A stretch of DNA of 46,543 nucleotides from a virus. Its lineage: Duplodnaviria; Caudoviricetes. The stretch covers positions 1 through 46,543 of IMG/VR virus record IMGVR_UViG_3300044711_000162; one strand, given 5' to 3'. Position numbers and translations under genes: made by a program. This document shows positions 8,360 through 16,676 of this stretch, one piece after another; position 1 is the stretch's first letter; the number at the start of each line of letters is the position of its first letter. The notes under the pieces are model-generated. The model saw only the letters and a program-made list of their open reading frames with translations, was not told the DNA's origin and made no database searches.

Positions 8360-8442
8360 GGTGGCCGGACGTGCCACGATTAGCCTTACCGCCCTTTGGG
8401 AAGCGGCGCACCCGAAGGTGCTCGCGACACGCCCGACCATAG
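8360..8442 (-). ncRNA. c4-like antisense RNA, copy A
   Basis: CTATGGTCGGGCGTG..GCACCTTCGGGTGC GCCGC..GGCGG..CACGTCCGGCCACC multi-stem fold; complementary targets on both sides; upstream of an antirepressor. Confidence 0.85.
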
Positions 8443-8477
8443 AAAACCGCGCTCGAGCGGTTAGCTGGCGCGGGGCG

Positions 8478-8526
8478 CCCAAAGAGTTGGTGGGAGGCTA
8501 ATCCCTTGCCCGGATTTTGCCGGGCA
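8478..8526 (-). promoter_or_regulatory. a1/b1-type leader (hairpin plus target sites)
   Basis: TGCCCGG-CAAAAT-CCGGGCA hairpin followed by GATTAGCCT and CTTTGGG. Confidence 0.8.
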
Positions 8527-8532
8527 GGCGGG

Positions 8533-8561
8533 AATATGACACCGCGCGCCGCGCTTGGCAA
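8533..8561 (-). promoter_or_regulatory. Promoter of the c4-A/ant operon
   Basis: TTGCCA-17 nt-CATATT with extended TG. Confidence 0.7.
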
Positions 8562-8586
8562 TTGTCATGGGTTCTCCTTCCAGGTT

Positions 8587-8669
8587 GGTGGCCGGACGTG
8601 CCTCGTTTGGAGTCACCGCCTGAACGCGAGCGGCGCACCCGAAGGTGCCCGTGGCACGCCCGACCATAG
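8587..8669 (-). ncRNA. c4-like antisense RNA, copy B (different loop sequences)
   Basis: Same 83-nt scaffold as copy A; the two guide segments are replaced. Confidence 0.8.
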
Positions 8670-8691
8670 GACCGCCGTCAGGCGGTATTGC

Positions 8692-9960
8692 TCACGCCTG
8701 TTCCTCCCGTTCCCGTTGCGCCTCGAGGTGCGCGACGCCGGCGGCGACGCATGCGCAGGCCGCGGCGGTGTCACCCGGCATGTAGGTATCGAGGATGGTT
8801 TTCTTGCCGAGGATCATGTGACCGCTGAGGGCGGTGATCCAGGGCATTTTGGCGCCGCAATCGCGGTAGAACATCATGCCGGTGCGGCGGAGATCGCGGA
8901 ACTGGCAGCGTTCGATCGCGTCGGCCAGATCGGGCTGATCGCGCATGATGGCGACGGCCCAGGCGGCGGCGCGCGCGGCGGCGAAGCGGCGCTGAAAGGT
9001 CTTTTCGTGGAGCGGCTCGTCCGGCTTTTCGGGCTTTGGGAACAGCCATTCGCTGGTGCTGTCGCGCCAGTGCGCGTCGATCGTCGCGTGCAGCGCAGGC
9101 GGGACGGGCGCGTCGACCCATGTGCCGGTCTTTTGCTGGCAGAGGCGGAAGCCGAACACGCGGCCCTGCGCATTGGCGAGCACGGCGCGATCGCGCGGCT
9201 CGACATCGTGCAGCTCGCGCCAGGCAAAGCGATTGAAGTGCCGAATATCGGCCTGGCGCTGGACGATCCAGAAGCCGAGGTCGATCGCGAGCGCGAGCCA
9301 GATCTCGCCGAGTTCGGCCGCGGCCTCCGCGATGGCGGCGCGCGCGGCGGTGGGCATGGTGACCTTGCGCGCGGGCGGGACCGGCACGTCGGCGCGGCTG
9401 GCGGGGTTCGAGTTCTTGGGGATGATCCCCTCTGCCTCCGCCCATTCGAGCAGCAGGTGCAGCACGCGCATCATCGCCGCGGCCTTGTGCGCGCTGCCCT
9501 TCACCAGTTCGTTGCGGAGCGCGCGGACGAGTTCGGCGTCGATATCGCGCACGGGCAGTTCGCCGTCGAGCGCCCAATGGGTGAGCGCCTTGAGGCGGCT
9601 TTTGTATTCGCGCTGGGTGCTGTCGCGGTTGGTAGTGTAGGCATCGCTCGCCATGTAGCGGAGCACGAGCTCGCCGAAGCGCACCACGCGGGGGAGCGGG
9701 CGCGCCGGCGCGTCGTTGGCGGCCTTTGCCTGGTTCTTCTCCCAGGCATCGACGCGCTCGTTCAGTTCGATGGCCAGGTCGGCGATGTGCTTTGGCGCCT
9801 TGCTGTATTTGAGGACCTTGGCGGGCGTGCCGCCGGTGCCGAGGCGCTGGTTGACGAAGGCGGCGGCGCGCAGCCGCGGCGAGGGTTTCCAGTGCCAGAC
9901 CAGCGTGCCATCGGCGAGCAGGGCGGGCGTGAGGAACTGGATCTGGCGCTGCTTGGGCAT
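8692..9960 (-). CDS. int: Tyrosine integrase
   Basis: QRQADI (R), QQKT (K), FRDLRRT, SGH, ILDTY catalytic motifs; 422 aa. Confidence 0.92.
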   Translation of the reverse strand: MPKQRQIQFLTPALLADGTLVWHWKPSPRLRAAAFVNQRLGTGGTPAKVLKYSKAPKHIADLAIELNERVDAWEKNQAKAANDAPARPLPRVVRFGELVLRYMASDAYTTNRDSTQREYKSRLKALTHWALDGELPVRDIDAELVRALRNELVKGSAHKAAAMMRVLHLLLEWAEAEGIIPKNSNPASRADVPVPPARKVTMPTAARAAIAEAAAELGEIWLALAIDLGFWIVQRQADIRHFNRFAWRELHDVEPRDRAVLANAQGRVFGFRLCQQKTGTWVDAPVPPALHATIDAHWRDSTSEWLFPKPEKPDEPLHEKTFQRRFAAARAAAWAVAIMRDQPDLADAIERCQFRDLRRTGMMFYRDCGAKMPWITALSGHMILGKKTILDTYMPGDTAAACACVAAGVAHLEAQREREEQA

Positions 9961-9963
9961 GGC

Positions 9964-10314
9964 CTATAGCCCCGCCATGGTGGCGATGCGATCGCGATCG
10001 AGCGCGGCGTGTTCCGCGAGGCTGTGGCGGAGCCGCTCGACCGTGTCGGCGCGGAGGACCGTGGGCAGTCCGCGCGCGTTCAGTTCGGCGCGGAAGGGAT
10101 CGGGCATGCCGCCGTCCCACAGCGCCTGGGCGATATCGTGCAGGCCATCGTCCCATGCGATGAGCGCGAATTGCGGCAACAGCCGCGTCGGCACCGGGCG
10201 CGCGCCGGAATACATGCGCTGCCAGCTGCGCTCCGATATGCCGAACTGCCGAAGCGCGGCCGCGAGATCGGGGCGGCTGCGCGAGAAGGCGCGGAATGCT
10301 TCGTGGGTGGACAA
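9964..10314 (-). CDS. HTH-like DNA-binding protein upstream of int
   Basis: AGGAGG RBS before TTG at 10314; AAALRQFGISERSWQRMYSG helix-turn-helix. Confidence 0.6.
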   Translation of the reverse strand: MSTHEAFRAFSRSRPDLAAALRQFGISERSWQRMYSGARPVPTRLLPQFALIAWDDGLHDIAQALWDGGMPDPFRAELNARGLPTVLRADTVERLRHSLAEHAALDRDRIATMAGL

Positions 10315-10375
10315 ATCGGCCTCCTTTTGCCGGTGAGGCGCGGCGATGGTGACTCGCCGCGGGGGGAAGGTCAAA

Positions 10376-10558
10376 TTATGGGGTGACGAGTATGTGCGGC
10401 TCCGGACGCTCCAGAAACCGCGAAGGCCAGAAATCGCAGGACGTGAACCCGCGGCGAATCGCGCCGAACAACGCGTTGCAGCGCAGCCCGTGATGGCAAT
10501 TCGCGCACGTCTTGCCGGCGGGAAGGCGCATCTCAGCGGCGTAGTTGGGTTCAGCCAC
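10376..10558 (-). CDS. Small Cys-rich hypothetical protein
   Basis: CANCHH..RC..CDFWPSRF; coupled to the upstream gene. Confidence 0.7.
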   Translation of the reverse strand: MAEPNYAAEMRLPAGKTCANCHHGLRCNALFGAIRRGFTSCDFWPSRFLERPEPHILVTP

Positions 10559-10727
10559 GGCGGGCCTCCCGAACGATCGCGGCGACCCAAACGTGTCCGT
10601 CTTCGGTGAGCTCGTCCCATTCGCACGACGCGAATTGGCCGATCACCGGCGGACTGTTCACGATGCGCTCGGCCGCCGCCATTTCTTCGGCATTGGGCAA
10701 AACGACATGGTTGTCGTTGTCAGCCAT
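10551..10727 (-). CDS. Hypothetical protein (58 aa)
   Basis: GGAGG RBS; MADNDNHVV start; overlaps both neighbours. Confidence 0.65.
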   Translation of the reverse strand: MADNDNHVVLPNAEEMAAAERIVNSPPVIGQFASCEWDELTEDGHVWVAAIVREARRG

Positions 10728-11127
10728 GGTCCGCCACCTCCACCACCGGAGCGGACGCGGGAGCGGCGGAGAGCATGGCGCGGTACACGCAGCGTGCGCC
10801 CTCATGCGTCAATCCGGACACCTGATAGGCTCCCGCACGTACCTGTGCATCGACTGGCTCTCGCGGTACCAGAACCAACCCATCCACAGGAGCGGGTATG
10901 GCGAGGATGGCTGCAATTGTTGCGTCGAGAACAAGCCACGACGGGACGTTGACCGCCTCCGCGTCGCGGACAGCATCGGCAATGCCGTTTAGCCAAGCAC
11001 GATCGCCGGAAGTGCTGTCAGCCGCCTTTCGAATCGCCGATACGATGATCGCCCGCGCACGGTCCACGACGTTTACGGCCACGCCGAAAGCGGGATCGAT
11101 CGGCACCTCTATAAGCTCCTTGCTCAT
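10720..11127 (-). CDS. Hypothetical protein (135 aa)
   Basis: MSKELIEV start, ATGA coupled. Confidence 0.6.
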   Translation of the reverse strand: MSKELIEVPIDPAFGVAVNVVDRARAIIVSAIRKAADSTSGDRAWLNGIADAVRDAEAVNVPSWLVLDATIAAILAIPAPVDGLVLVPREPVDAQVRAGAYQVSGLTHEGARCVYRAMLSAAPASAPVVEVADHG

Positions 11128-11351
11128 GGTTGTTCCCCGAATTGGCGTACAAGTTCGTCTAGCGTGATCCGATTGCCATCTCGGTCCTCGATGCCGTAGG
11201 CTCCCGCCCGCGTATCGATCTTGAGCGTGACGTATTTGCAGGCACTGTTCCGGAGCCACGTCCACCGACCTTCCGAGACGGCATTGAGCCATTCCAACAT
11301 CTGCGGGAACGTGGCCTGCGTCGTGCAGTTCGGACGCGGTTGGAGGCTCAT
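11124..11351 (-). CDS. Hypothetical protein (75 aa)
   Basis: ATGA overlaps on both sides. Confidence 0.65.
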   Translation of the reverse strand: MSLQPRPNCTTQATFPQMLEWLNAVSEGRWTWLRNSACKYVTLKIDTRAGAYGIEDRDGNRITLDELVRQFGEQP

Positions 11352-11563
11352 GACTGTTCCTCGATTTCCGCCTCCACATCATCGCCCTCAACCGCTTGGG
11401 CTTTGGTGAGGGCGTTGTAGGCGTCGCGCAGCCGGCGAATGTCACCCAGCGTCACGTGGACGGAATGAGTATCATCGGGCTTGCGGGCGTATCGCCTTTC
11501 TACTGTGCGGACCAAGTGCGCAAACGGCTCCAGCGCCGTCATAACCTCTTGCGTTGGGGTCAT
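11348..11563 (-). CDS. Hypothetical protein (71 aa)
   Basis: ATGA overlaps on both sides. Confidence 0.6.
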   Translation of the reverse strand: MTPTQEVMTALEPFAHLVRTVERRYARKPDDTHSVHVTLGDIRRLRDAYNALTKAQAVEGDDVEAEIEEQS

Positions 11564-12063
11564 GGCTGCACCTGTGGGGGTTGAGAGGTGGTTTGGGCGA
11601 TGCCTTCGGCTCGCGCTGTCGTGCTGCGCATCGAGCCCGTTCCGGTCTCGCCGGCTTCGCCGCTTCCATCGCTATCGCGCGACAACGCTGCGCCGAGGAC
11701 GCGCTCACCGAAATCGGTGATACCCCAATAGCGCCGCAGATCGTATCCGGCTTCCCACGAAACGCACGCCAACGGGGCTTGGATTCCTCGTTCGCCCCGG
11801 CGGAAATCATTTAGCGACCAAAGCGTACTTGGCGCCAAACCATTTTCTCGCGTATCGCCTCCACAAGCGCGTTCATACGATGCCAGCACCTTCAGGGCCT
11901 CTAGTTGCTTCACCGTCAATCGCTCGGCAACCCACTCGCATGCACCGGGGTCGCCCGGATCGCTGCGCGAGGGATCGAAACGCGGAGCGCCAAGATGCGA
12001 AGCAGCTTGGTCCGAAGGATGAGAGCCCGTTGCCTCTGGCACGCGCACAAATGCAGTCGTCAT
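11560..12063 (-). CDS. Hypothetical protein (about 167 aa)
   Basis: GGGAG RBS before ATG 12063; coupled overlaps. Confidence 0.5.
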   Translation of the reverse strand: MTTAFVRVPEATGSHPSDQAASHLGAPRFDPSRSDPGDPGACEWVAERLTVKQLEALKVLASYERACGGDTRENGLAPSTLWSLNDFRRGERGIQAPLACVSWEAGYDLRRYWGITDFGERVLGAALSRDSDGSGEAGETGTGSMRSTTARAEGIAQTTSQPPQVQP

Positions 12064-12338
12064 ACTCCCGTTCCCTCGCATGCAATCCCCCGATCCATTC
12101 TGTCGATCGCATCGATCAGTCGGGCGGCCGCCTCGACTGCGAGTTGACGGCGCAGCTGGGGATCGTGCCCCAGGTGGCTGGCGTAGCCGGCGCTGGTGCA
12201 GGCGTGCTGCAACTGCTGCTCGACGGTGTGGAGATGGGCCCAGGTTACGTGAAACTCGAGCATGTCGAGCACGGCGTGGCCGCCTTGGGTGACGCCCTGG
12301 CGGAGATCGTCGATATCGTCGATCATGCTCTCAACCAT
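12060..12338 (-). CDS. Hypothetical protein (about 92 aa)
   Basis: Member of the tightly packed leftward early operon. Confidence 0.6.
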   Translation of the reverse strand: MVESMIDDIDDLRQGVTQGGHAVLDMLEFHVTWAHLHTVEQQLQHACTSAGYASHLGHDPQLRRQLAVEAAARLIDAIDRMDRGIACEGTGV

Positions 12339-12582
12339 GAAGCACCCCACGCTTCGCGAGCACGGCGTCGATGAACAATTGCCGGTTCTGGTTGGTGCGG
12401 ATCAGGTGATAGTCGTCGATGCAGGTCTCTGGCTCGCGATTGACCCCGCCGGGATGGAGGTGTGGCGCCGGGCTGTCACAACGCGGACAGTTGTGACCGG
12501 GGTGAGACTCATACTCGTGCTCGTCGAACCCTTCGAAGCTGTACTCGCTCGGGTCGGCGTATGCCGTGACGTCAGCCATCAT
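12331..12582 (-). CDS. Hypothetical Cys/His-containing protein
   Basis: GAGGA RBS; CPRCDSPAPHLHP motif. Confidence 0.7.
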   Translation of the reverse strand: MMADVTAYADPSEYSFEGFDEHEYESHPGHNCPRCDSPAPHLHPGGVNREPETCIDDYHLIRTNQNRQLFIDAVLAKRGVLHG

Positions 12583-12626
12583 ACGTTTTCCTCATATATG
12601 CGCGCCCTGCGCCTCGAGCTCGAACA

Positions 12627-12899
12627 TCATGCTGCCTCGTCGCGCTCGCCGAGCATACGGGCGGTGCGCTCGTAAACCGTTTCGGGCGCCACGCCGGGTT
12701 GGCCGGCGTTAACCCCGTCGAGATGTGCGCGGGCGCGCCGGCGGAAGGCGCTGTACGCCTTTTTGTTGGTGCGGAACGTTTCCTTGATCCCGGTGCGGAT
12801 ATCGCCGGGGAGCATGCTGAAGCATGAGTCGCACAGGCGCTGCCAGCTGCACCGCGAGCGGGTGCAGCCGGGGACATCGCAGATGTGGCTGCGGCTCAC
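12627..12899 (-). CDS. Putative Zn-binding hypothetical protein (90 aa)
   Basis: GTG start overlapping upstream stop; CDVPGC..LCDSCF. Confidence 0.65.
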   Translation of the reverse strand: MSRSHICDVPGCTRSRCSWQRLCDSCFSMLPGDIRTGIKETFRTNKKAYSAFRRRARAHLDGVNAGQPGVAPETVYERTARMLGERDEAA

Positions 12900-13141
12900 G
12901 CGGGCTCCCCGAGCGTCATCATGCGCAAGGCGGCGAGCGCGCCGGTGTATGCCGCCGCGCGCGCCTCGCGCCGGTAATTCCGTGGGTGAAGCTGCGCAGC
13001 CACTTTGCGGGCGGCGCGCTGGCGCCACCGATAATCCGCGACCAACAGGCTTTCGAGCAGTTGCTCCTGGCCGGGATCGCGCTGTTTGCACGGGATGGCG
13101 CGCAGGTGCGCGATCGCGGCGGAGCGCTCGGCGGGCTTCAT
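12896..13141 (-). CDS. Hypothetical protein (81 aa)
   Basis: Coupled overlaps. Confidence 0.6.
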   Translation of the reverse strand: MKPAERSAAIAHLRAIPCKQRDPGQEQLLESLLVADYRWRQRAARKVAAQLHPRNYRREARAAAYTGALAALRMMTLGEPA

Positions 13142-13332
13142 GCGGGCTTCCCGGCGGCGCCGGACATCTCGTTGGCGAGATGTGGCACGCTGTGCGCGAC
13201 GTTGAGCGAGGCGATCAGGCCGGGGACCTGGTCGAACGGCACGGCGAAGGTTTCGCCATCGGGGCGCAGCAGGAGCACGTCGTTGTGCTTCGGCCGGTAG
13301 ATCCCATAGGTTCCCTCGGCAGACGCGCTCAC
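13138..13332 (-). CDS. Hypothetical protein (64 aa)
   Basis: GTG start overlapping upstream stop. Confidence 0.55.
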   Translation of the reverse strand: MSASAEGTYGIYRPKHNDVLLLRPDGETFAVPFDQVPGLIASLNVAHSVPHLANEMSGAAGKPA

Positions 13333-13460
13333 CGGAAGCGCTCCCGCGTGAGATCGGCCAGATGCCGCGCGACGATGTGGGCGGCGCGGGCGACGTAGCG
13401 GGCGGACATCGGCAGCGCGAACACGAGCGCGACGGCGAAGGGCGCGTATTGCCAGCTCAT
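13329..13460 (-). CDS. Small membrane peptide (43 aa)
   Basis: MSWQYAPFAVALVFALPM; ATGA coupled. Confidence 0.5.
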   Translation of the reverse strand: MSWQYAPFAVALVFALPMSARYVARAAHIVARHLADLTRERFR

Positions 13461-13894
13461 GCCGCGATTTCCTGTGCTCGCCGCGCCATTTCCGCGCGGA
13501 GGGGTGGCGGAAGCTCGATGCGCAGCGCGCCGGCGCCGCCGGGCGTGGTGCGGCCATCGAGCCATGCGTCGATCTCACCCGCGTCCCAGCGGCTGTGGAG
13601 ATGGATGCTGCCCGGGCCGTCGACGACCTTTCCGGCGTGCACGCGCGGCGTGCGGGGGAGCGGCATGCCCTTGTGCCTGGCGAGGGCGCGCAGCGCGTCG
13701 ATGATCCGGCGCCGTTCCCGATAGTGGGTCAGGCGCAGTTCGCGGGCGAGATCCCCGATCGCATATTCCCCTCGCCGCCCGCCCGTGACGGGCAGCGAGG
13801 GGAGAGCGGGCGACGCCGTTTGGGGGGGACTAACGTCGCCTGCCGGGTGGTCGAGAAAGACGGCGCCGATCCTGCGCCGCGCGAGGGTACCCAT
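13457..13894 (-). CDS. First gene of the leftward early operon, hypothetical DNA-binding protein
   Basis: GGAGG RBS before ATG 13894; IGDLARELRL helix. Confidence 0.65.
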   Translation of the reverse strand: MGTLARRRIGAVFLDHPAGDVSPPQTASPALPSLPVTGGRRGEYAIGDLARELRLTHYRERRRIIDALRALARHKGMPLPRTPRVHAGKVVDGPGSIHLHSRWDAGEIDAWLDGRTTPGGAGALRIELPPPLRAEMARRAQEIAA

Positions 13895-13935
13895 GGTAAC
13901 CAGCCTCCGTGGGATTTCGTTGCGGAGCCTGAATA

Positions 13936-13982
13936 TCCCAATATGGGAGGTTCGTGCAAGAACTAAAAATCCCAAAATGGGA
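13936..13982. promoter_or_regulatory. Operator pair at the leftward early promoter
   Basis: TCCCAATATGGGA (13936-13948) and TCCCAAAATGGGA (13970-13982) flanking a minus-strand TTGCAC. Confidence 0.8.
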
Positions 13983-14001
13983 GGTTGATTGTTGCAGATG
14001 C

Positions 14002-14029
14002 GAAAAAGGGCGGCATGGGCCGCCCTTTC
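14002..14029 (-). terminator. Rho-independent terminator after the repressor gene
   Basis: AAAGGGCGGC-loop-GCCGCCCTTT hairpin with a T-run on the minus strand. Confidence 0.8.
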
Positions 14030-14053
14030 AGCTTGTCGGAGATGCGGGGAGCG

Positions 14054-14464
14054 CTAGGCGCGCTTGCGCGGGGCGATCGGTTCGTCGTCGATGCCGTCGG
14101 CGCGATAGGCGCGCTGCGCCTCGGCGACGCGGGCGATGCTTTCGGCGGCGCGTTCGTCGATGCGCATGGCCTCAAGCACGGCCTGTTCGTCGTAGTTGCG
14201 CGGGGCGCCGGGATTATCCTCCGCATTGAGGAGCTCGCCCACGGAGCAGTCGAGCGCGCGGGCGATGCGCTGGAGCCAGGGGAGGTCGATCACGCGCTCG
14301 CCGGTTTCGAAGCGGCCGATGGTGTGGGGCTTGACGCTCTCCCCCATGCGCGCGGCCAGTTGCGGCAACGTCATGGGTTTGCCGGTGCCGGGCACGATGA
14401 ACGCCATGCGGCGTTCCCGGATGCGGTTCGGCGGATTGTCGAGCTTCTTGACCATCTGGGACAT
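14054..14464 (-). CDS. XRE-family HTH repressor (CI-like, no S24 peptidase domain)
   Basis: NRIRERR..MTLPQLAARM..TIGRFETGER..LQRIARALDCSVGELL; divergent from the Cro-like gene. Confidence 0.88.
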   Translation of the reverse strand: MSQMVKKLDNPPNRIRERRMAFIVPGTGKPMTLPQLAARMGESVKPHTIGRFETGERVIDLPWLQRIARALDCSVGELLNAEDNPGAPRNYDEQAVLEAMRIDERAAESIARVAEAQRAYRADGIDDEPIAPRKRA

Positions 14465-14524
14465 TTGAATCACTTCGCCCACAGCTTGAAACTCCTTTTC
14501 CGGGATTTTTTCGGGATGCGACTC

Positions 14525-14554
14525 TTGCCATAAAAATCCCAATATGGGAAGAAT
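14525..14554 (+). promoter_or_regulatory. Rightward early promoter with operator in the spacer
   Basis: TTGCCA..TCCCAATATGGGA (14537-14549)..AAGAAT just before ATG 14560. Confidence 0.75.
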
Positions 14555-14559
14555 GGCGA

Positions 14560-14883
14560 ATGACGACGCTTGCAGGCAGGAAAATCCGGGAGTTTCGCGA
14601 GGCACAGAACCCGCGGATCACGCGCGATCAGTTCGCCCGCGCACACTGCGGCCTGACGGCCGCATCGCGCATGAGCACGGTGCAGGGATGGGAGGAGGAG
14701 GGCAAACGCCCGACCGATGCCCGGATCGTGAACGCGCTGGCGCGGGCGGGGATCTGTACCCACGCCGAATGGTACATGCCGGCGGTATGCCCCCGGTGCG
14801 AGCTGCGCAGCGACGCGGCCGACGTGGCGGGATGCGCGCGCGCGGGGTGCCCGCTGGCGCATTCGCGGGAGGAGGCGGCGTGA
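14560..14883 (+). CDS. Cro-like HTH protein with C-terminal Cys cluster
   Basis: IREFREAQ..TRDQFAR..STVQGWEEEGKRP; CPRC..CARAGC. Confidence 0.75.
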   Translation: MTTLAGRKIREFREAQNPRITRDQFARAHCGLTAASRMSTVQGWEEEGKRPTDARIVNALARAGICTHAEWYMPAVCPRCELRSDAADVAGCARAGCPLAHSREEAA

Positions 14884-15062
14884 AGCCCGATCCGCTGCGC
14901 GATGCGTGCCAGGAGCGCTGCGCCCAGTTCGGCGATCCGCCGTGCTTCGATGTGGTCGCCGACTGGGGCGATCAGTGCTGGTGCGACGACTGCAAGCGGG
15001 AAGCGGGTGTCGAGGTTTTCGAGCCGCTGGATCCGGCGGCGGTGATCGGGCCGTTGTTGTGA
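14880..15062 (+). CDS. Small Cys-rich hypothetical protein (60 aa)
   Basis: GGAGG RBS, GTG start, CQERCAQFGDPPC..CWCDDC. Confidence 0.6.
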   Translation: MKPDPLRDACQERCAQFGDPPCFDVVADWGDQCWCDDCKREAGVEVFEPLDPAAVIGPLL

Positions 15063-16138
15063 TGAACGCGGGCGATCTTGCCGAGCTTCATCGCCGGGCC
15101 GATCGCGTGCGCAGTCAGACGCGCCTGTCGACCGTGATCGGCGGCGACGTGAAGCTGCGGCCGGTGGGCAAGGAATGGGAGGGGCTGTGCCCGTTCCATA
15201 GCGACAAGCGCGTCGGCGCCTTCATGGTGAACGACGCCAAGGGCATCTTCAAATGCTTCTCTTGCGGTGCAGGCGGCGACGTCTTCAAATACCTCGAGCT
15301 CCGCAAGGAAATGAGCTTCATGCAAGCGCTGCGCGCGCTGGAAGCCGACGCTGGAATCGATTTTCGCAATGCCAAGGCGAAGGCGGAATATGATCGTCAC
15401 GCCGAGCGGCGCGCGATGGCCGATGCGGACGATCTGGAGAAGCGCCGGCGCAAGGCTGAGGGCCTGTGGCATTTCGCGTCGAAGCTGGAAGGTTCGCCGG
15501 CGCAGCTGTATCTGGAAGGGCGCGGGATCGACTTTCTCGCGATCGGGCGTTTCCCCGGCGCGATCCGGTACAAGCACGATTGCTGGAACAGCGAACTGCA
15601 TCGCCCGATGCCCGCGATGGTGACGGCGATGCTGAGCCTGGCGCCGATCGCCGGCGCGCGGCGGCCGACGCATCATCTGGCGACGCACCGCACCTATCTG
15701 GAGTTCGTTCGCGGGCGCTGGATCAAGGCGCGCGTCGAAAAGCCCAAGATGGTGCTGGGCAGCTTCGCCGGCGCGCATATTCCGATCTCGAAAGGCGCAG
15801 GGCCGCGCGGAACGCTGGCGGACGTGCCGGCGGGTACGGTGCCGTTCGTTTCCGAAGGGATCGAGGACGCTTTGACCATTGCCATGGCTTGGCCGGACGC
15901 GCGCGTGCTGGCGGCGGCGACGCTGGGCAACATCGGTGCGATGCAGCTGCCCACGGCGGTGAGTGAACTGGTAATCGTGGGCCAGCACGACAAGCCCGGA
16001 AGCGCGGCCGATGCGAGCCTGGAGAAGCAGATCGCGCTGCATCAGGAGGCGGGGCGGAAGGTGCGGTGCATCTGGCCGGACCCGCTGTTCAAGGATTTCA
16101 ACGACCAGCTGCGCGGTGTGCGCATGGAGGGGGTATGA
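15062..16138 (+). CDS. DNA primase (CHC2 Zn finger plus Toprim)
   Basis: GLCPFHSD..FKCFSCGAGGDV; VSEGIEDAL; KDFND; start ATG 15062. Confidence 0.92.
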   Translation: MNAGDLAELHRRADRVRSQTRLSTVIGGDVKLRPVGKEWEGLCPFHSDKRVGAFMVNDAKGIFKCFSCGAGGDVFKYLELRKEMSFMQALRALEADAGIDFRNAKAKAEYDRHAERRAMADADDLEKRRRKAEGLWHFASKLEGSPAQLYLEGRGIDFLAIGRFPGAIRYKHDCWNSELHRPMPAMVTAMLSLAPIAGARRPTHHLATHRTYLEFVRGRWIKARVEKPKMVLGSFAGAHIPISKGAGPRGTLADVPAGTVPFVSEGIEDALTIAMAWPDARVLAAATLGNIGAMQLPTAVSELVIVGQHDKPGSAADASLEKQIALHQEAGRKVRCIWPDPLFKDFNDQLRGVRMEGV

Positions 16139-16671
16139 CCCGGAGCGTTTTGCAGAATTGGGTGCAGGGGCTGAGCTTCATGCAGCAGACGGTGTTGATG
16201 ACGGCGATCCGGGGACCTGACGGAACGCCGAAATATGGGCCCGCGAAGCTTCTGTTGCGTTGGTACCGCCGCTGCGTCTTGCTGAGCGCCATGGACGGCA
16301 AGGTGCTCGAAACGCCGTACGAATCTGGTGGCGGGAGTTTTACCGGGCCTAGCTTTTCCATCGATCCGATCGCGCAGCTGTGGTGCGCGCACAAGATCGA
16401 TTGGCCAGGCATGATGGACAAGGTGGTCAACGAGTATTTGCGCGAGATCGACGCGCTGCCGCACCATTTCCAACTGCACCTGCTCCATGCCGCTGAGATC
16501 CTGGGCTACAAGCATCCTTCGCCGTCGGTGCGGATCTGGTGGAATCGAACCTATTCGCGCCTCGTGCACGACATGCACCTATGGCCGGAAACGGAAGATC
16601 AGATGGACCGGCGCCTGGGCGACAACCGCGAGCAATGGCTTGAGCGGAACGATCCGGCGACCGTGGACTGA
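16135..16671 (+). CDS. Hypothetical phage protein (178 aa)
   Basis: GGAGG RBS; ATGA coupled; MTRSVLQNWV start. Confidence 0.8.
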   Translation: MTRSVLQNWVQGLSFMQQTVLMTAIRGPDGTPKYGPAKLLLRWYRRCVLLSAMDGKVLETPYESGGGSFTGPSFSIDPIAQLWCAHKIDWPGMMDKVVNEYLREIDALPHHFQLHLLHAAEILGYKHPSPSVRIWWNRTYSRLVHDMHLWPETEDQMDRRLGDNREQWLERNDPATVD

Positions 16672-16676
16672 CGCGC

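Noticed and set aside
8360-8669. CRISPR array or tRNA pair
   Set aside because: Only two 83-nt units with internal variable loops and no cas genes; the architecture fits c4-type antisense RNA
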